32,015 nt of DNA from Candidatus Nanopelagicales bacterium (GCA_025455985.1 JALOLM010000001.1:1-32015), one strand, 5' to 3'. Numbered from the stretch's first letter, positions 8,368 to 17,406 are shown. Made by a program: numbers and translations. Notes: generated from the letters alone by a model not told the origin.

Positions 8368-9333
8368 TCAGGCCGGGAGCGTCTCCACCTGTTGTGGAAC
8401 CCCCTGCGGATCGCCGTGGGCAACAGCCATTCCTGCGGTGATCGAGGCCGATGCATACACCACGATCGTCTCCAGATAGAGCACGAACAGCATCGCTATT
8501 GGGGCGGCGAACGCGCCGTACTGGGGCTTGCCGACCGACCATCCGATGATGAAACTCAGCAGATACTTCAGCACCTCGATCCCGAGCGCACCGATGATCG
8601 TTCCGGCCAGACGTGGTCCGCGAGCCGGCCTGATACCGCCGAGGTGGCCGAGCATCAGCCACACCACCAGTGCGTTGAGGGCGATCGACAGCAGCCCGGT
8701 CAGCACGACCAGGAGGATGCGTGTGAACTCCCCCTCCAGGTTGAGGAAGTCCAGGACCGGTTCGGCGAACACGCTCAGGGCCACGTTCGGGATGAATGAG
8801 ATCGCGATCAGCGGAGCGAGCACCAGCAACCATCCAAGCAGGCGAACCTTGCCCAGCACGAAATTGCGCGGATCTTTGGGGGCGCCGTAGATGAGGTGGA
8901 TGGACTTACTGGCAGCGGTGATCGCGCCGCTGCCCGAGTAGAGCAGAACAAGAAGACCCACGATCGAGGTGGTCTGCCCGATCTCCATGAGTGTCTCGGG
9001 GGACAGACCCTGATCCCCGATCAGGCCTGGAAAGGCGTTGCTGACGGCCTGCGTGAGGGCATCAGCCAGGCGCTCACCACCGATCACAGCCGTGAGCCCG
9101 AAGGCGAAGGCCAACAGGGCGAAGACGGACAGGAAGATGTAGTAGGCGGTACCCGCGGCGAGTAGCGCGGCATTGGCATAGCCGAATCGCAGGAAGGCCC
9201 GGTAGCCGCCGCCCGCGTGGGCGCTCTTCTGGTCGACCTTCTCCAGCGTGGCCTCGATGAGTTTCGGGGGCGGATCGAGGCGTTCGCCCGGGATCGGGGG
9301 CGGTATGGCGGCCATGGTCGGTGCATCAGTCAT
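8368..9333 (-). CDS. YihY/BrkB-family integral membrane protein
   Basis: 321-aa polytopic ORF whose architecture and sequence style resemble YihY/virulence-factor BrkB proteins. The assignment is from memory and not motif-proven. Confidence 0.5.
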   Translation of the reverse strand: MTDAPTMAAIPPPIPGERLDPPPKLIEATLEKVDQKSAHAGGGYRAFLRFGYANAALLAAGTAYYIFLSVFALLAFAFGLTAVIGGERLADALTQAVSNAFPGLIGDQGLSPETLMEIGQTTSIVGLLVLLYSGSGAITAASKSIHLIYGAPKDPRNFVLGKVRLLGWLLVLAPLIAISFIPNVALSVFAEPVLDFLNLEGEFTRILLVVLTGLLSIALNALVVWLMLGHLGGIRPARGPRLAGTIIGALGIEVLKYLLSFIIGWSVGKPQYGAFAAPIAMLFVLYLETIVVYASASITAGMAVAHGDPQGVPQQVETLPA

Positions 9334-9406
9334 GGGGGCTCGCTTCCTGGTGATGGCACCCTAGCGATCAGCCGGTCTGGCTCGCCCGATACGGCACACT
9401 ACGACC

Positions 9407-9706
9407 ATGTCCAGACCAGCGGCGAAAGTGCTCATCGTGGTGTTGGAAGTGCTGCAAGCCCTGTCGCTGCCGGCGTGGCTGTTCGGCGCTGTCTTCGCGG
9501 TCTCCGCGTTGGGCGAGAGCACGGCCAACGCCGGTACCTACGTGGCCGTTGGCCTGTTGTGGTCTTATCCCGTATGGCTCATTGGGCTCGGGATGGGTTC
9601 CTGGGTGCTCCTTCGCCGTGGCCAGACTGGGGCCGCCCTTGCACTCGCCGCGTTGGCCAGTGTGCCTCTGGTCCTGTTCACCGTGGTCACGATCGCTTCC
9701 CTGTAA
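9407..9706 (+). CDS. Small hypothetical membrane protein (about 3 TM helices)
   Basis: 99-aa ORF with three hydrophobic stretches. It ends 33 nt upstream of, and on the same strand as, the copper monooxygenase-like gene. No family was recognised. Confidence 0.45.
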   Translation: MSRPAAKVLIVVLEVLQALSLPAWLFGAVFAVSALGESTANAGTYVAVGLLWSYPVWLIGLGMGSWVLLRRGQTGAALALAALASVPLVLFTVVTIASL

Positions 9707-9739
9707 GGCCGAACCAGCATCGGCGTCGTACCGTGGGGC

Positions 9740-10906
9740 ATGCGCACTTCCGTGATCGCAGTGGTGGCCGCCGTTGTTCTGGCCGGCTGCACCGCACATG
9801 AGGGCGCCCACGATCCGGGGCCATCGATGGCCGAGAGTCACTCGCAGATGCAGTCACCGGCCGTTGCGCAGACCGTCGCCTTGAAGCCGGGCTCCGACGA
9901 GCGAATTGTGACTGTTGGTGTCCCCGTGGACTTCGAACCCGTTGCTCCCGATGGTGCCACCGACGAGTACCGCTGCTTCGTGGTCGACCCGGATCTGGAC
10001 AAAGACGCCATGATCACCGGGACGGAGTTCCTACCGGGCAACCCGGCCATCGTGCACCACTCCATCCTGTACGCGGCTTACCCGGAGCAGGTAGCGGCGG
10101 CAGAGCAGCTTGATGCTGAGGATCCCGGTCCGGGGTACGAGTGCTTCGGCGGATCGCGCCTGCCTGCCCGCGGCGGGATGCTGGCGGGACTCGATCAGGC
10201 CGATTGGATCACGGCGTGGGCGCCCGGGGGAGGCGTCAACGAGATGCCAAAAGGCCATGGGATGGCGTTGCCCGCCGGAGGTCGAGTCGTGATCCAAATG
10301 CACTACAACTTGCGATCCGAGCAAGGCACCGACTCCACGCAGGTGCGGTTGCGCATCGCGGAGGGCAAACGCAAACCACTCACGACCATGCTTCTGCCGG
10401 CTCCTGTGGAGTTGCCCTGCGCGCCAGGGGAGACGGGTCGGTTGTGTCAGCGCCCCGATGCCGTGGACGACGTAATCAGCCGCTTCGGGATCGGCTCCGG
10501 CGCGACGATCGCCGGGCTGCAGCTGCTGTGTGGCGGCGACCCGGACGCCCCACGCGCCGCGACGGTGCAGACATGTGACCGGGTGGTGCCCGCGCAGCGC
10601 AAGGTCTTCGCTGTCGCCGGACACATGCACCTCCTGGGCCGTGAGATCTCGGTGACCCTGAACCCGGGGCGCGACGACGAACAGGTGCTGCTGGACATCG
10701 ACAACTGGGACTTCGATCAGCAGGGGGCGGTACCGCTGGACGCACCTGCTGTGGTCGAGGCTGGCGACGTGCTGCGGGTCCGGTGCCGACACGACCCCGG
10801 GCTGCGCGCGCAACTGCCGGCGCTGCAGGGAACCCCTGCCCGGTATGTGGTCTGGGGTGAGGGCACGACCGACGAGATGTGTCTGGCGATCCTGATCACG
10901 GGGTGA
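9740..10906 (+). CDS. Copper type II ascorbate-dependent monooxygenase-like lipoprotein (PHM/DBH-like, two domains)
   Basis: Lipobox signal (VVLAGC|TAHEG). Segments parallel the PHM catalytic core: DEYRCFVV...AIVHHSILY, ITAWAPGG...VVIQMHYN, VFAVAGHMHLLGREIS, GDVLRVRCRHD, and GEGTTDEMCLAILI. These give HH + H (CuH-site-like) and HxH + M (CuM-site-like) at residues H106/H107/H188 and H295/H297/M380. Confidence 0.75.
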   Translation: MRTSVIAVVAAVVLAGCTAHEGAHDPGPSMAESHSQMQSPAVAQTVALKPGSDERIVTVGVPVDFEPVAPDGATDEYRCFVVDPDLDKDAMITGTEFLPGNPAIVHHSILYAAYPEQVAAAEQLDAEDPGPGYECFGGSRLPARGGMLAGLDQADWITAWAPGGGVNEMPKGHGMALPAGGRVVIQMHYNLRSEQGTDSTQVRLRIAEGKRKPLTTMLLPAPVELPCAPGETGRLCQRPDAVDDVISRFGIGSGATIAGLQLLCGGDPDAPRAATVQTCDRVVPAQRKVFAVAGHMHLLGREISVTLNPGRDDEQVLLDIDNWDFDQQGAVPLDAPAVVEAGDVLRVRCRHDPGLRAQLPALQGTPARYVVWGEGTTDEMCLAILITG

Positions 10907-10935
10907 TCTTCGCCGCTCGGCAATACGATCGGCCC

Positions 10936-12309
10936 ATGGTGTTGCACACGTACGGCGATGATGCATTGGGCACGCACGACACGGTGGGGCTTCGTCAGCA
11001 GCTCGAGGCCGGACAGGTCAGCCCCGATGAGTTGCGACAGGCAGCGCTGCGCAGGCTGGAGCAGGCCGCGCCGCTCAATGCGGTGGTGACCCTGACGCCG
11101 GGCGCGACCGGATCGCCTGGGCCCTTCGCGGGGATCCCGTCGTTCATCAAGGACAACGAGGACATCCTGGGGTTCCCCACGACGTTCGGCTCCCGGGCGC
11201 TGCCCGACCAGCCGGCGGTGGCTGACTCCCGATTGGTGCAACACTGGCGCGCCCTCGGCTTCGACATCCTGGGCAAGTCGGCTCTGCCTGAATTTGGGCT
11301 GACGGCAACGACTGAGCCGGTCTCGCACGGCCCCACACGTAACCCGTGGCACCTCGACCATTCCACCGGCGGATCGTCCGGCGGGTCGGCGGCGCTTGTC
11401 GCCGCGGGCGTCGTACCTATCAGTCACGCCAATGACGGGGGCGGCTCGATCAGGATCCCCGCGGCCTGCTGCGGTCTGGTCGGGCTCAAGCCCTCACGCG
11501 GTCGCCTGCCGGACGCGGAGGCCATGGAGAAGATGCCAGTCAACATCGTTACCCAGGGTGTCGTCACCCGCAGTGTGCGAGACACCCTCGCCTTCTACCA
11601 GGAGATGGCCGTACTGCACCCGAACACGGCCTTGGCGCCCATCGGACCGACTCGGCCGATTGAGGGACTGCGGATCGCCATGGTCACCTCGGGACTGGCG
11701 GGGCTACCGGTCGACCCCCAGGTCCGGGAGGCCGTCGAGAAGGCGGGGGCGTTGTGCTCCGAACTCGGGCACCACGTCGAGCCTGTCGACAACCCGTTCC
11801 CGTATCAGATCGCCCATGACTTCCTGCGCTACTGGGGCATGTTGGCGTTCTCACTTCGTCGGTTCGGCTCGACGGTTTTCGGCCCGGGCTACGACCCAGG
11901 ACAACTTGAGGAGTTCAGCGTCCATCTGAGCAGCTTCTTCGCCTCAATTGCTCCCGCTGTGCCTGGGTCGATCCGTCGGTTGCGGCGTTTCGCCACCGAC
12001 TACGACGACGCCCTGTCCGGGTTCGACCTGATCCTTTCCCCGGTGTTGGCAACCCCGCCGGTGCCCATCGGCTACCTCGGCCCGGAGGTGGATCCGCGCG
12101 TCCACCTGATCAGGTTGCTGCGGTATGCGTCCTTCACCGCCCTGCAAAACGTGTCGGGGGCGCCTGGGATCTCGTTGCCGCTGGCGAGTACTCCCGAAGG
12201 CCTGCCGATCGGTATCCACTTCGGCGCCCGGTTCGGGCAAGAGCAAACGCTGCTGGATCTGGCCGCACAACTCGAGCTGGCCCAACCCTGGCAACGCCCC
12301 GACCAATAG
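10936..12309 (+). CDS. Amidase-signature family amidohydrolase
   Basis: The Ser-cisSer-Lys signature is present: FIKDNEDI, GGSSGGSAALVA and DGGGSIRIPAACCG. The ORF opens at 10879 and overlaps the upstream gene, so ATG 10936 (MVLHTYG...) is the likely start, 30 nt after the monooxygenase stop. Confidence 0.85.
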   Translation: MVLHTYGDDALGTHDTVGLRQQLEAGQVSPDELRQAALRRLEQAAPLNAVVTLTPGATGSPGPFAGIPSFIKDNEDILGFPTTFGSRALPDQPAVADSRLVQHWRALGFDILGKSALPEFGLTATTEPVSHGPTRNPWHLDHSTGGSSGGSAALVAAGVVPISHANDGGGSIRIPAACCGLVGLKPSRGRLPDAEAMEKMPVNIVTQGVVTRSVRDTLAFYQEMAVLHPNTALAPIGPTRPIEGLRIAMVTSGLAGLPVDPQVREAVEKAGALCSELGHHVEPVDNPFPYQIAHDFLRYWGMLAFSLRRFGSTVFGPGYDPGQLEEFSVHLSSFFASIAPAVPGSIRRLRRFATDYDDALSGFDLILSPVLATPPVPIGYLGPEVDPRVHLIRLLRYASFTALQNVSGAPGISLPLASTPEGLPIGIHFGARFGQEQTLLDLAAQLELAQPWQRPDQ

Positions 12310-12372
12310 GTCACACAGGGCGTAGATTTGCGATGGGCGCGCAGCGCCGGGGACGACGAGCAGGGAGTGGCT

Positions 12373-13896
12373 ATGGCAACGGTCTCGATGAGTGTGCAGG
12401 ACGCACTGTGGCTGACCATGGATCGGCCGAACAACCTGATGGTCGTCGATGGATCCTTGGTTCTACGATCCACCCCGACCATCGACGAGGTGCGGGAGAT
12501 CTTCGCGGGCGCGGTTGAACGATTCCCCGTCCTGGGTCGTAAGGCGGTCAAGTCGGGCCTCGGCTGGGCCTGGCAGGACGACCCCGACTTCGACTTGGAC
12601 CGGCACGTGCACGTCGTCGAGCTGGAGGAGGGCATGGGGGTCGACGACCTGCAGCGGTTCATGGCTGATCAGCGCTCCATGCCCTTGCCCAAGGACCGTC
12701 CTCTGTGGACGGGCTTCCTTCTGAGCCCCCTGATGCTCGCCGACGGGACCGAGGGCTCGGCAGTGATGACCAGGTTCCACCACTCCATCGCCGATGGCGT
12801 CCGCTTGACCCAGGTCCTGTTGGGTATGTGTGAATCGCAGGACGCTGACGTCGCAGCCCGAGTGGCACGTACCGGCGTGCAGGCCACGGAGTCCACCAGT
12901 GCACCCGAAGAGGTGGGCCGGGTAGCCGCCCACGCGGCCGGTGAGATGGCGCATGTGGTCGAATCCGGCGTCGAGGACATCGCTCACGGCACTGCAGAGG
13001 CGCTGCGTAATCCGCTGTCCGCATTGATCCATCTGCCGGGACGAGCACTGGACGTGGCCAAGGCGGGAGTGCATCAAGTGGACCAGGGGCTGACGCTGGT
13101 GCGGCACCCGGATCGTTTGCTCGACGCTTTGGAGGTTCTCGGCGCCGAGCAGCATCGCAGCCTCAACGACCTATCTTCGGTGACCAAGATCGCCCTGGCC
13201 AGCAGCGACGAAACGCTCTGGAGCGGCAAGCCGGGCACGCGCAAAGCTCTCGCGTGGTCTCAGGCGGTCCCCATCGAGGATGTGAAGGCCATCGGCAAGG
13301 CCGCGGGTGCCACACTCAACGACGTCCTGCTGAGCGCCATCTCCGGCGGGCTCCAGCGGTTCCTGGCCGAGAACGGCGAGTCACTGGACGAGGTCTCGTG
13401 GATGGTGCCGGTCAACCTCAAGCCCTTCGAGGACAACCTGCCACCGGACCTGGGCAATTACTTCGCTCTCGTCTTCTTGCCCATGCCACTCGACGAGGCG
13501 GACCCGCGTGCCCGCCTGGAGCAGATGCACCACCGCATGCAGCGGATCAAGAACTCCGATGAGGCGGTCCTCACCTTCGGTCTGCAGCGTATGGTGTCGA
13601 TGTCCCCGAGCCAGATCGCGTTCTTCCTGACGAACTTCTTCGCGAACAAGGCCGTGGGTGTGCTCACCAATGTCCCCGGCCCTACGGGCCTGCTGCGATT
13701 CGCAGGTGCTGATGTCGATCAGGTGGTGGGTTTTGCGCCCTGCTCCGGCAATCAGCCGATGACCGCGACCATCTTCAGCTACAACGGATCGGTCACCATC
13801 GGATTCGCCACCGACGCCGGACTGCTACCAGATCCGGATGTGCTGGTCGCGTATGTGATGGAGGAACTCGCGGCCATGAGCGCGGCGGTCGTGTAG
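12373..13896 (+). CDS. Wax ester synthase/diacylglycerol acyltransferase (WS/DGAT) family O-acyltransferase
   Basis: Catalytic HHxxxDG motif (FHHSIADGV), a typical N-terminus (DALWLTMDRPNNLMVV) and a C-terminal NVPGP segment. ATG 12373 is preceded by a GGGAG Shine-Dalgarno at about 6 nt. Confidence 0.85.
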   Translation: MATVSMSVQDALWLTMDRPNNLMVVDGSLVLRSTPTIDEVREIFAGAVERFPVLGRKAVKSGLGWAWQDDPDFDLDRHVHVVELEEGMGVDDLQRFMADQRSMPLPKDRPLWTGFLLSPLMLADGTEGSAVMTRFHHSIADGVRLTQVLLGMCESQDADVAARVARTGVQATESTSAPEEVGRVAAHAAGEMAHVVESGVEDIAHGTAEALRNPLSALIHLPGRALDVAKAGVHQVDQGLTLVRHPDRLLDALEVLGAEQHRSLNDLSSVTKIALASSDETLWSGKPGTRKALAWSQAVPIEDVKAIGKAAGATLNDVLLSAISGGLQRFLAENGESLDEVSWMVPVNLKPFEDNLPPDLGNYFALVFLPMPLDEADPRARLEQMHHRMQRIKNSDEAVLTFGLQRMVSMSPSQIAFFLTNFFANKAVGVLTNVPGPTGLLRFAGADVDQVVGFAPCSGNQPMTATIFSYNGSVTIGFATDAGLLPDPDVLVAYVMEELAAMSAAVV

Positions 13897-13903
13897 CGCG
13901 CCG

Positions 13904-15286
13904 TCAATCGTCACCGGGGTCGAGCAGCCCAAGGGCATCGAGTTCCAGCATGCCCGTGTCGTCACCGGTCATGGGAAGCAGCATGGCTTCATCGGGCTTC
14001 TTGGCCAAGATGCTGCGCACATAGTCGTCCACGGCCTCGGTGAGGCCGACGTCCTCGCCCGACTGCTCCGAGAGGTACCAGCGGTGTTCGAGCACTTCAT
14101 GGAACACCTCGGCGTCCTCGAGTTTGTCCCGCAGGTCAGCCGGAACCGCACTGACCACGGGTTCGTAGACCTCCTCCAGCCACGTGTGGGCGGCCAGAAC
14201 GTCCTCGCGGGCGGTCGACTCCGAACCGCGGGGTCGAGCCAACGAGCCCTCGGGGGTTTCGGTGGCGCGCGTGGCCGCCGTGAACTGATCGAGGTCGTTG
14301 AGAAGGCGCCGGGCCTGGTTCTCGCCCACGTCCAGACCCACCAGCCGCATGAGGCGCCTGGAGTGGTAGCCGGGGTCGACGACCTTCGGCTGCAGCCGCA
14401 CCACCCCGTCGGGCCGGCGCCGGAGATCCAACTCGGCGACGTCGAAGCCAAGGCGGTTGAGCCGTTCCACCCTCCGGGCGATGCGCCATCTCTGTGTGCC
14501 GTCGACATGCTCGGCTGCGGTGAGTTCGGACCACAGTCTGGTGTACCGGCGCGGGATCTCGTCGGCGATAGCGATCGGGTCGAACTCCTCGGACATGCGC
14601 CCGCCAGCCTGTAGGTCCATGAGGCCACCTGCGATATTCAGATGGGCCACCTCGACATCGTTGATGCGCTGGCCGTCCGAGAGCCGGTCGTGCAACTCCC
14701 CGGTCTCTGCATCGACCAGGTACGCCGCGAACGCCCCGGCATCCCGGCGGAACAGCACATTCGACAGCGAGCAGTCGTTCCAGGCGAAACCCACCAGGTG
14801 AAGTCGTGCGAGCAGCAGGACCAGCGCGTCCAGCAGGCGATCGACGGTGTCCGGGCGCAGGTGACGGGCGTACACCGACCGGTAGGGCAGGGACCAGGTC
14901 AAGTGCTCTGTGATCAGCACGCCCGGCAGCGGCTCCCCGGCCGGATCGCGGCGGCCCGTCACCACCCCTACACCGTGCACCGCAGGTACCTCAAGTTCCT
15001 CTAGATCGCGCAGCAGCCTGAACTCGCGCTTGGCGAAGTCCTCTGAGATCTCCTTGAGCGCCATGATCGTCGCGTCGACTTCGACGAAGCGCACGACATG
15101 GCGGGAGATTCCCCTGGGCAGCGGCACGATCAACTCCGCCGGCCAGTCCACCAGCGGCCTCTCCCACGGCAGATCCAGCATGTCGCCGGTGATGCCCGCC
15201 TCCAGGCGGATCTTCAGCTCATCGACCGACACGCTCCGTATTGTGCACCGGCGGCACACCTGACGGCGACTGCAGCAATTGCACAC
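13904..15286 (-). CDS. DUF4032-domain protein with an atypical (Kdo/RIO-like) kinase fold
   Basis: Kinase-like catalytic loop (WNDCSLSNVLF) and an LVDAETGE metal-binding-like segment, followed by a long C-terminal domain recalled as DUF4032. The start is uncertain: in-frame GTGs lie at 15286, 15259 and 15232. The conserved LDLPWERPL begins shortly after 15232. Confidence 0.6.
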   Translation of the reverse strand: MCNCCSRRQVCRRCTIRSVSVDELKIRLEAGITGDMLDLPWERPLVDWPAELIVPLPRGISRHVVRFVEVDATIMALKEISEDFAKREFRLLRDLEELEVPAVHGVGVVTGRRDPAGEPLPGVLITEHLTWSLPYRSVYARHLRPDTVDRLLDALVLLLARLHLVGFAWNDCSLSNVLFRRDAGAFAAYLVDAETGELHDRLSDGQRINDVEVAHLNIAGGLMDLQAGGRMSEEFDPIAIADEIPRRYTRLWSELTAAEHVDGTQRWRIARRVERLNRLGFDVAELDLRRRPDGVVRLQPKVVDPGYHSRRLMRLVGLDVGENQARRLLNDLDQFTAATRATETPEGSLARPRGSESTAREDVLAAHTWLEEVYEPVVSAVPADLRDKLEDAEVFHEVLEHRWYLSEQSGEDVGLTEAVDDYVRSILAKKPDEAMLLPMTGDDTGMLELDALGLLDPGDD

Positions 15287-15312
15287 AAAATCGGGTCTGA
15301 CAGACTGGTGCG

Positions 15313-16362
15313 ATGATGATTCCTGCTGCCGCGGCCAGTGGCGGTGAACCCTCGTTGTTCGTCCCTGGCTGGCTTTGGGCCGTGACCGTCGGAATCGTGG
15401 TGCTGCTCATCACTTTCGAGTTCATCCAGGCCACCCGTAATCCCCACGAGGTACAGATTCGCGAGGCGGCGATCCAGTCGGTCATCTACGTCGCGATCGC
15501 CATCGCGTACGGCGTCTTCTTCGGGTGGTGGAGCGCCGATCAGACGCCCCCCGAGGGCGGCTCCTACGGGTTGGAGTACTTCGCCGGCTGGCTCATCGAG
15601 AAGAGCCTCTCGGTGGACAATCTCTTCGTGTTTGTGATCATCATGAGCGCCTTCGCAGTCCCCAAGATCTACCAGCAGAAGGTCCTGATGGCTGGAATCG
15701 CCGGAGCCTTGGTCCTGCGGACGATCTTCATCTTCGTGGGCGCGGCGGCACTTGAGGCGTTCTCAGCCACCTACCTGGTCTTCGGGGCGTTCCTGATCTA
15801 CACCGCGATCGGCCTGGCGCGTCACCGCGACGAGGATCCTGAGTTCAACGAGGGCAAGGTCGTCAAGCTGGCCAAGCGGATCCTGCCGTTCTCCGACGAG
15901 TACGACGGACCACACCTGCACACACGCATCAACGGCAAGTTCTACGGAACCCATTTGCTCATGGTGATGATCGCGATCTTCGCCACGGACATCATCTTCG
16001 CGCTCGACTCGATCCCCGCGGTCTACGGCGTGACCAACGAGCCCTTCATCGTGTTCGCAGCTAATGCGTTTGCGCTTCTGGGACTCCGCGCTTTGTACTT
16101 CCTGGTCGCCGGTCTGCTCGACCGACTGGTCTACTTGTCGTTGGGCCTGGCAGTCATCCTGGCGTTCATCGGGATCAAACTCATCCTGGTGTTCTTCGAC
16201 ATCCACATCGACATCTGGGTGTCGTTGGGCTTCATCATCGGCATCCTGGTCATCACCACTGTGGCGTCACTGATCAAGGTTCGTAAGGACCCCTCAGCGG
16301 TGGCACACGCAGGCACCATCCCAGGCTTCGATTCTTCCAAGGAGAAGAAGTCCGACAAGTGA
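15313..16362 (+). CDS. terC: TerC-family integral membrane protein
   Basis: Hallmark EKSLSVDNLFVF and a second half-repeat (DIIFALDSIPAV) in a polytopic 349-aa ORF. Confidence 0.85.
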   Translation: MMIPAAAASGGEPSLFVPGWLWAVTVGIVVLLITFEFIQATRNPHEVQIREAAIQSVIYVAIAIAYGVFFGWWSADQTPPEGGSYGLEYFAGWLIEKSLSVDNLFVFVIIMSAFAVPKIYQQKVLMAGIAGALVLRTIFIFVGAAALEAFSATYLVFGAFLIYTAIGLARHRDEDPEFNEGKVVKLAKRILPFSDEYDGPHLHTRINGKFYGTHLLMVMIAIFATDIIFALDSIPAVYGVTNEPFIVFAANAFALLGLRALYFLVAGLLDRLVYLSLGLAVILAFIGIKLILVFFDIHIDIWVSLGFIIGILVITTVASLIKVRKDPSAVAHAGTIPGFDSSKEKKSDK

Positions 16363-16365
16363 GTC

Positions 16366-16665
16366 TCACAGCAGCCGTATGAGGGCAGCGGTCGCGGCGC
16401 CTACGACTACGACCACCAAGAACGGGGCTCGCAGCGTCAGCGCCACGGCTGCGGCCGCTACTGCTGCCAGACGCGCGTCCACCACGACGGACATTCCGTC
16501 GCCGACGGTCACCACCGCGAGCAGCGCGGACAGAAGCGCCACGGGGAACATCGCCACCAATGCGGCGACGACGGGCTTATCGAGATACCGCTCCGGAACG
16601 ACAAATCCGAGCGCCTTCAGCAGGTAACAGGCGGCACTGCCGAGCAAGACGGCTGCCCACATCAT
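16366..16665 (-). CDS. azlD: AzlD-family branched-chain amino acid exporter small subunit
   Basis: 99-aa hydrophobic protein (MMWAAVLLGSAACYLLKALGF...), the C-terminal part of ORF 16366..17217. Its ATG (16665) overlaps the azlC stop in an ATGA junction at 16662-16665. Confidence 0.7.
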   Translation of the reverse strand: MMWAAVLLGSAACYLLKALGFVVPERYLDKPVVAALVAMFPVALLSALLAVVTVGDGMSVVVDARLAAVAAAAVALTLRAPFLVVVVVGAATAALIRLL

Positions 16666-17366
16666 CGGGCCCCTTTGAGGAATAGGAATGGCACGAGGGC
16701 GGCGCAGAGCACCGGCAGCCCCGGCGACAACACGGGGGTCAGCGCGATCCCCAGAACGGCGGCCACCAGCGCCACCCCAAGCAGTCGACGACCGGTGATC
16801 TGCGGCCACAGCAGCGCCAGGAACGCGGCCGGCACTGCGGCATCCAGACCCCACCGGGTTGGGTCGCCGATGCTGCTGGCGCCCAGGGCGCCCAGGATTG
16901 TGCCGGTGTTCCACAGGACGAACACACTCAAGCCGGTTGACCAGAACGCCAGCGCCGGACGGGGGACCGGGCGATCGTAGTGGGCCAAGGCCATCGCAGT
17001 GGACTCGTCGAGGGTCATCTGAGCGGCCGCCACCGACGTGATCGGCGAGGGCTGAAGAATCTGGCGCATCCGCAGGCCGTAGAACAGGTTTCGTAGTCCC
17101 AGCAGAGCGCTGCTGGCAACAGCCGCTGCGACGGATCCGCCGCCAGCCAGCACGGAGATCAGTGCGAACTGGGAGGCTCCGGTGAACATCAACGCACTCA
17201 ACGCCACGGTCTGCCACACATCCAGCCCGGATGTCACGGAGAGCGCCCCGAAGGACACGCCGTACGCGCCCGTGGTCAGCCCGATGGTCAGTGCCTCAAC
17301 TATGACCCCACGCGCGGTGTCGTCAGGGGACTCCCGATCCTGCCCTGACGATTCTGTGGGCTGCAT
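16662..17366 (-). CDS. azlC: AzlC-family branched-chain amino acid exporter permease
   Basis: Polytopic ORF containing the AzlC-typical FTGASQFA segment. The probable start is ATG 17366 (MQPTESS...) rather than the ORF-track start at 17483. Confidence 0.7.
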   Translation of the reverse strand: MQPTESSGQDRESPDDTARGVIVEALTIGLTTGAYGVSFGALSVTSGLDVWQTVALSALMFTGASQFALISVLAGGGSVAAAVASSALLGLRNLFYGLRMRQILQPSPITSVAAAQMTLDESTAMALAHYDRPVPRPALAFWSTGLSVFVLWNTGTILGALGASSIGDPTRWGLDAAVPAAFLALLWPQITGRRLLGVALVAAVLGIALTPVLSPGLPVLCAALVPFLFLKGAR

Positions 17367-17372
17367 GGGGGC

Positions 17373-17378
17373 AGTATC
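17373..17378 (-). promoter_or_regulatory. Candidate -10 hexamer (GATACT on the minus strand), positioned for a leaderless azlC transcript
   Basis: Minus strand reads GATACT-gccccc-ATG. The A of the start codon (17366) is therefore 7 nt downstream of the hexamer, which is the geometry of leaderless actinobacterial mRNAs. No Shine-Dalgarno is present. Confidence 0.3.
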
Positions 17379-17406
17379 GCAGCGCCTCGGTACCGTGGAA
17401 CGCGTG

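Noticed and set aside
15233-15312. yybP-ykoY (Mn2+) riboswitch upstream of terC.
   Set aside because: The space is too short (80 nt at most), and I could not find the conserved GGGGAGUAG-type or distal conserved segments by eye. A covariance-model scan would be the decisive test.
16359-16369. Palindrome GTGAGtCTCAC spanning the terC and azlD stop codons.
   Set aside because: It is a by-product of two convergent stop codons (TGA/TCA) 3 nt apart. The 5-bp arms with a 1-nt centre cannot form a hairpin.
16666-17217. N-terminal 184 aa of ORF 16366..17217, which would make a 283-aa protein.
   Set aside because: Only the last 99 aa look like a real protein (AzlD). The upstream part overlaps the azlC coding frame and is Arg/Gly/Pro-rich. 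An ATGA junction at 16662-16665 fits a short azlD.
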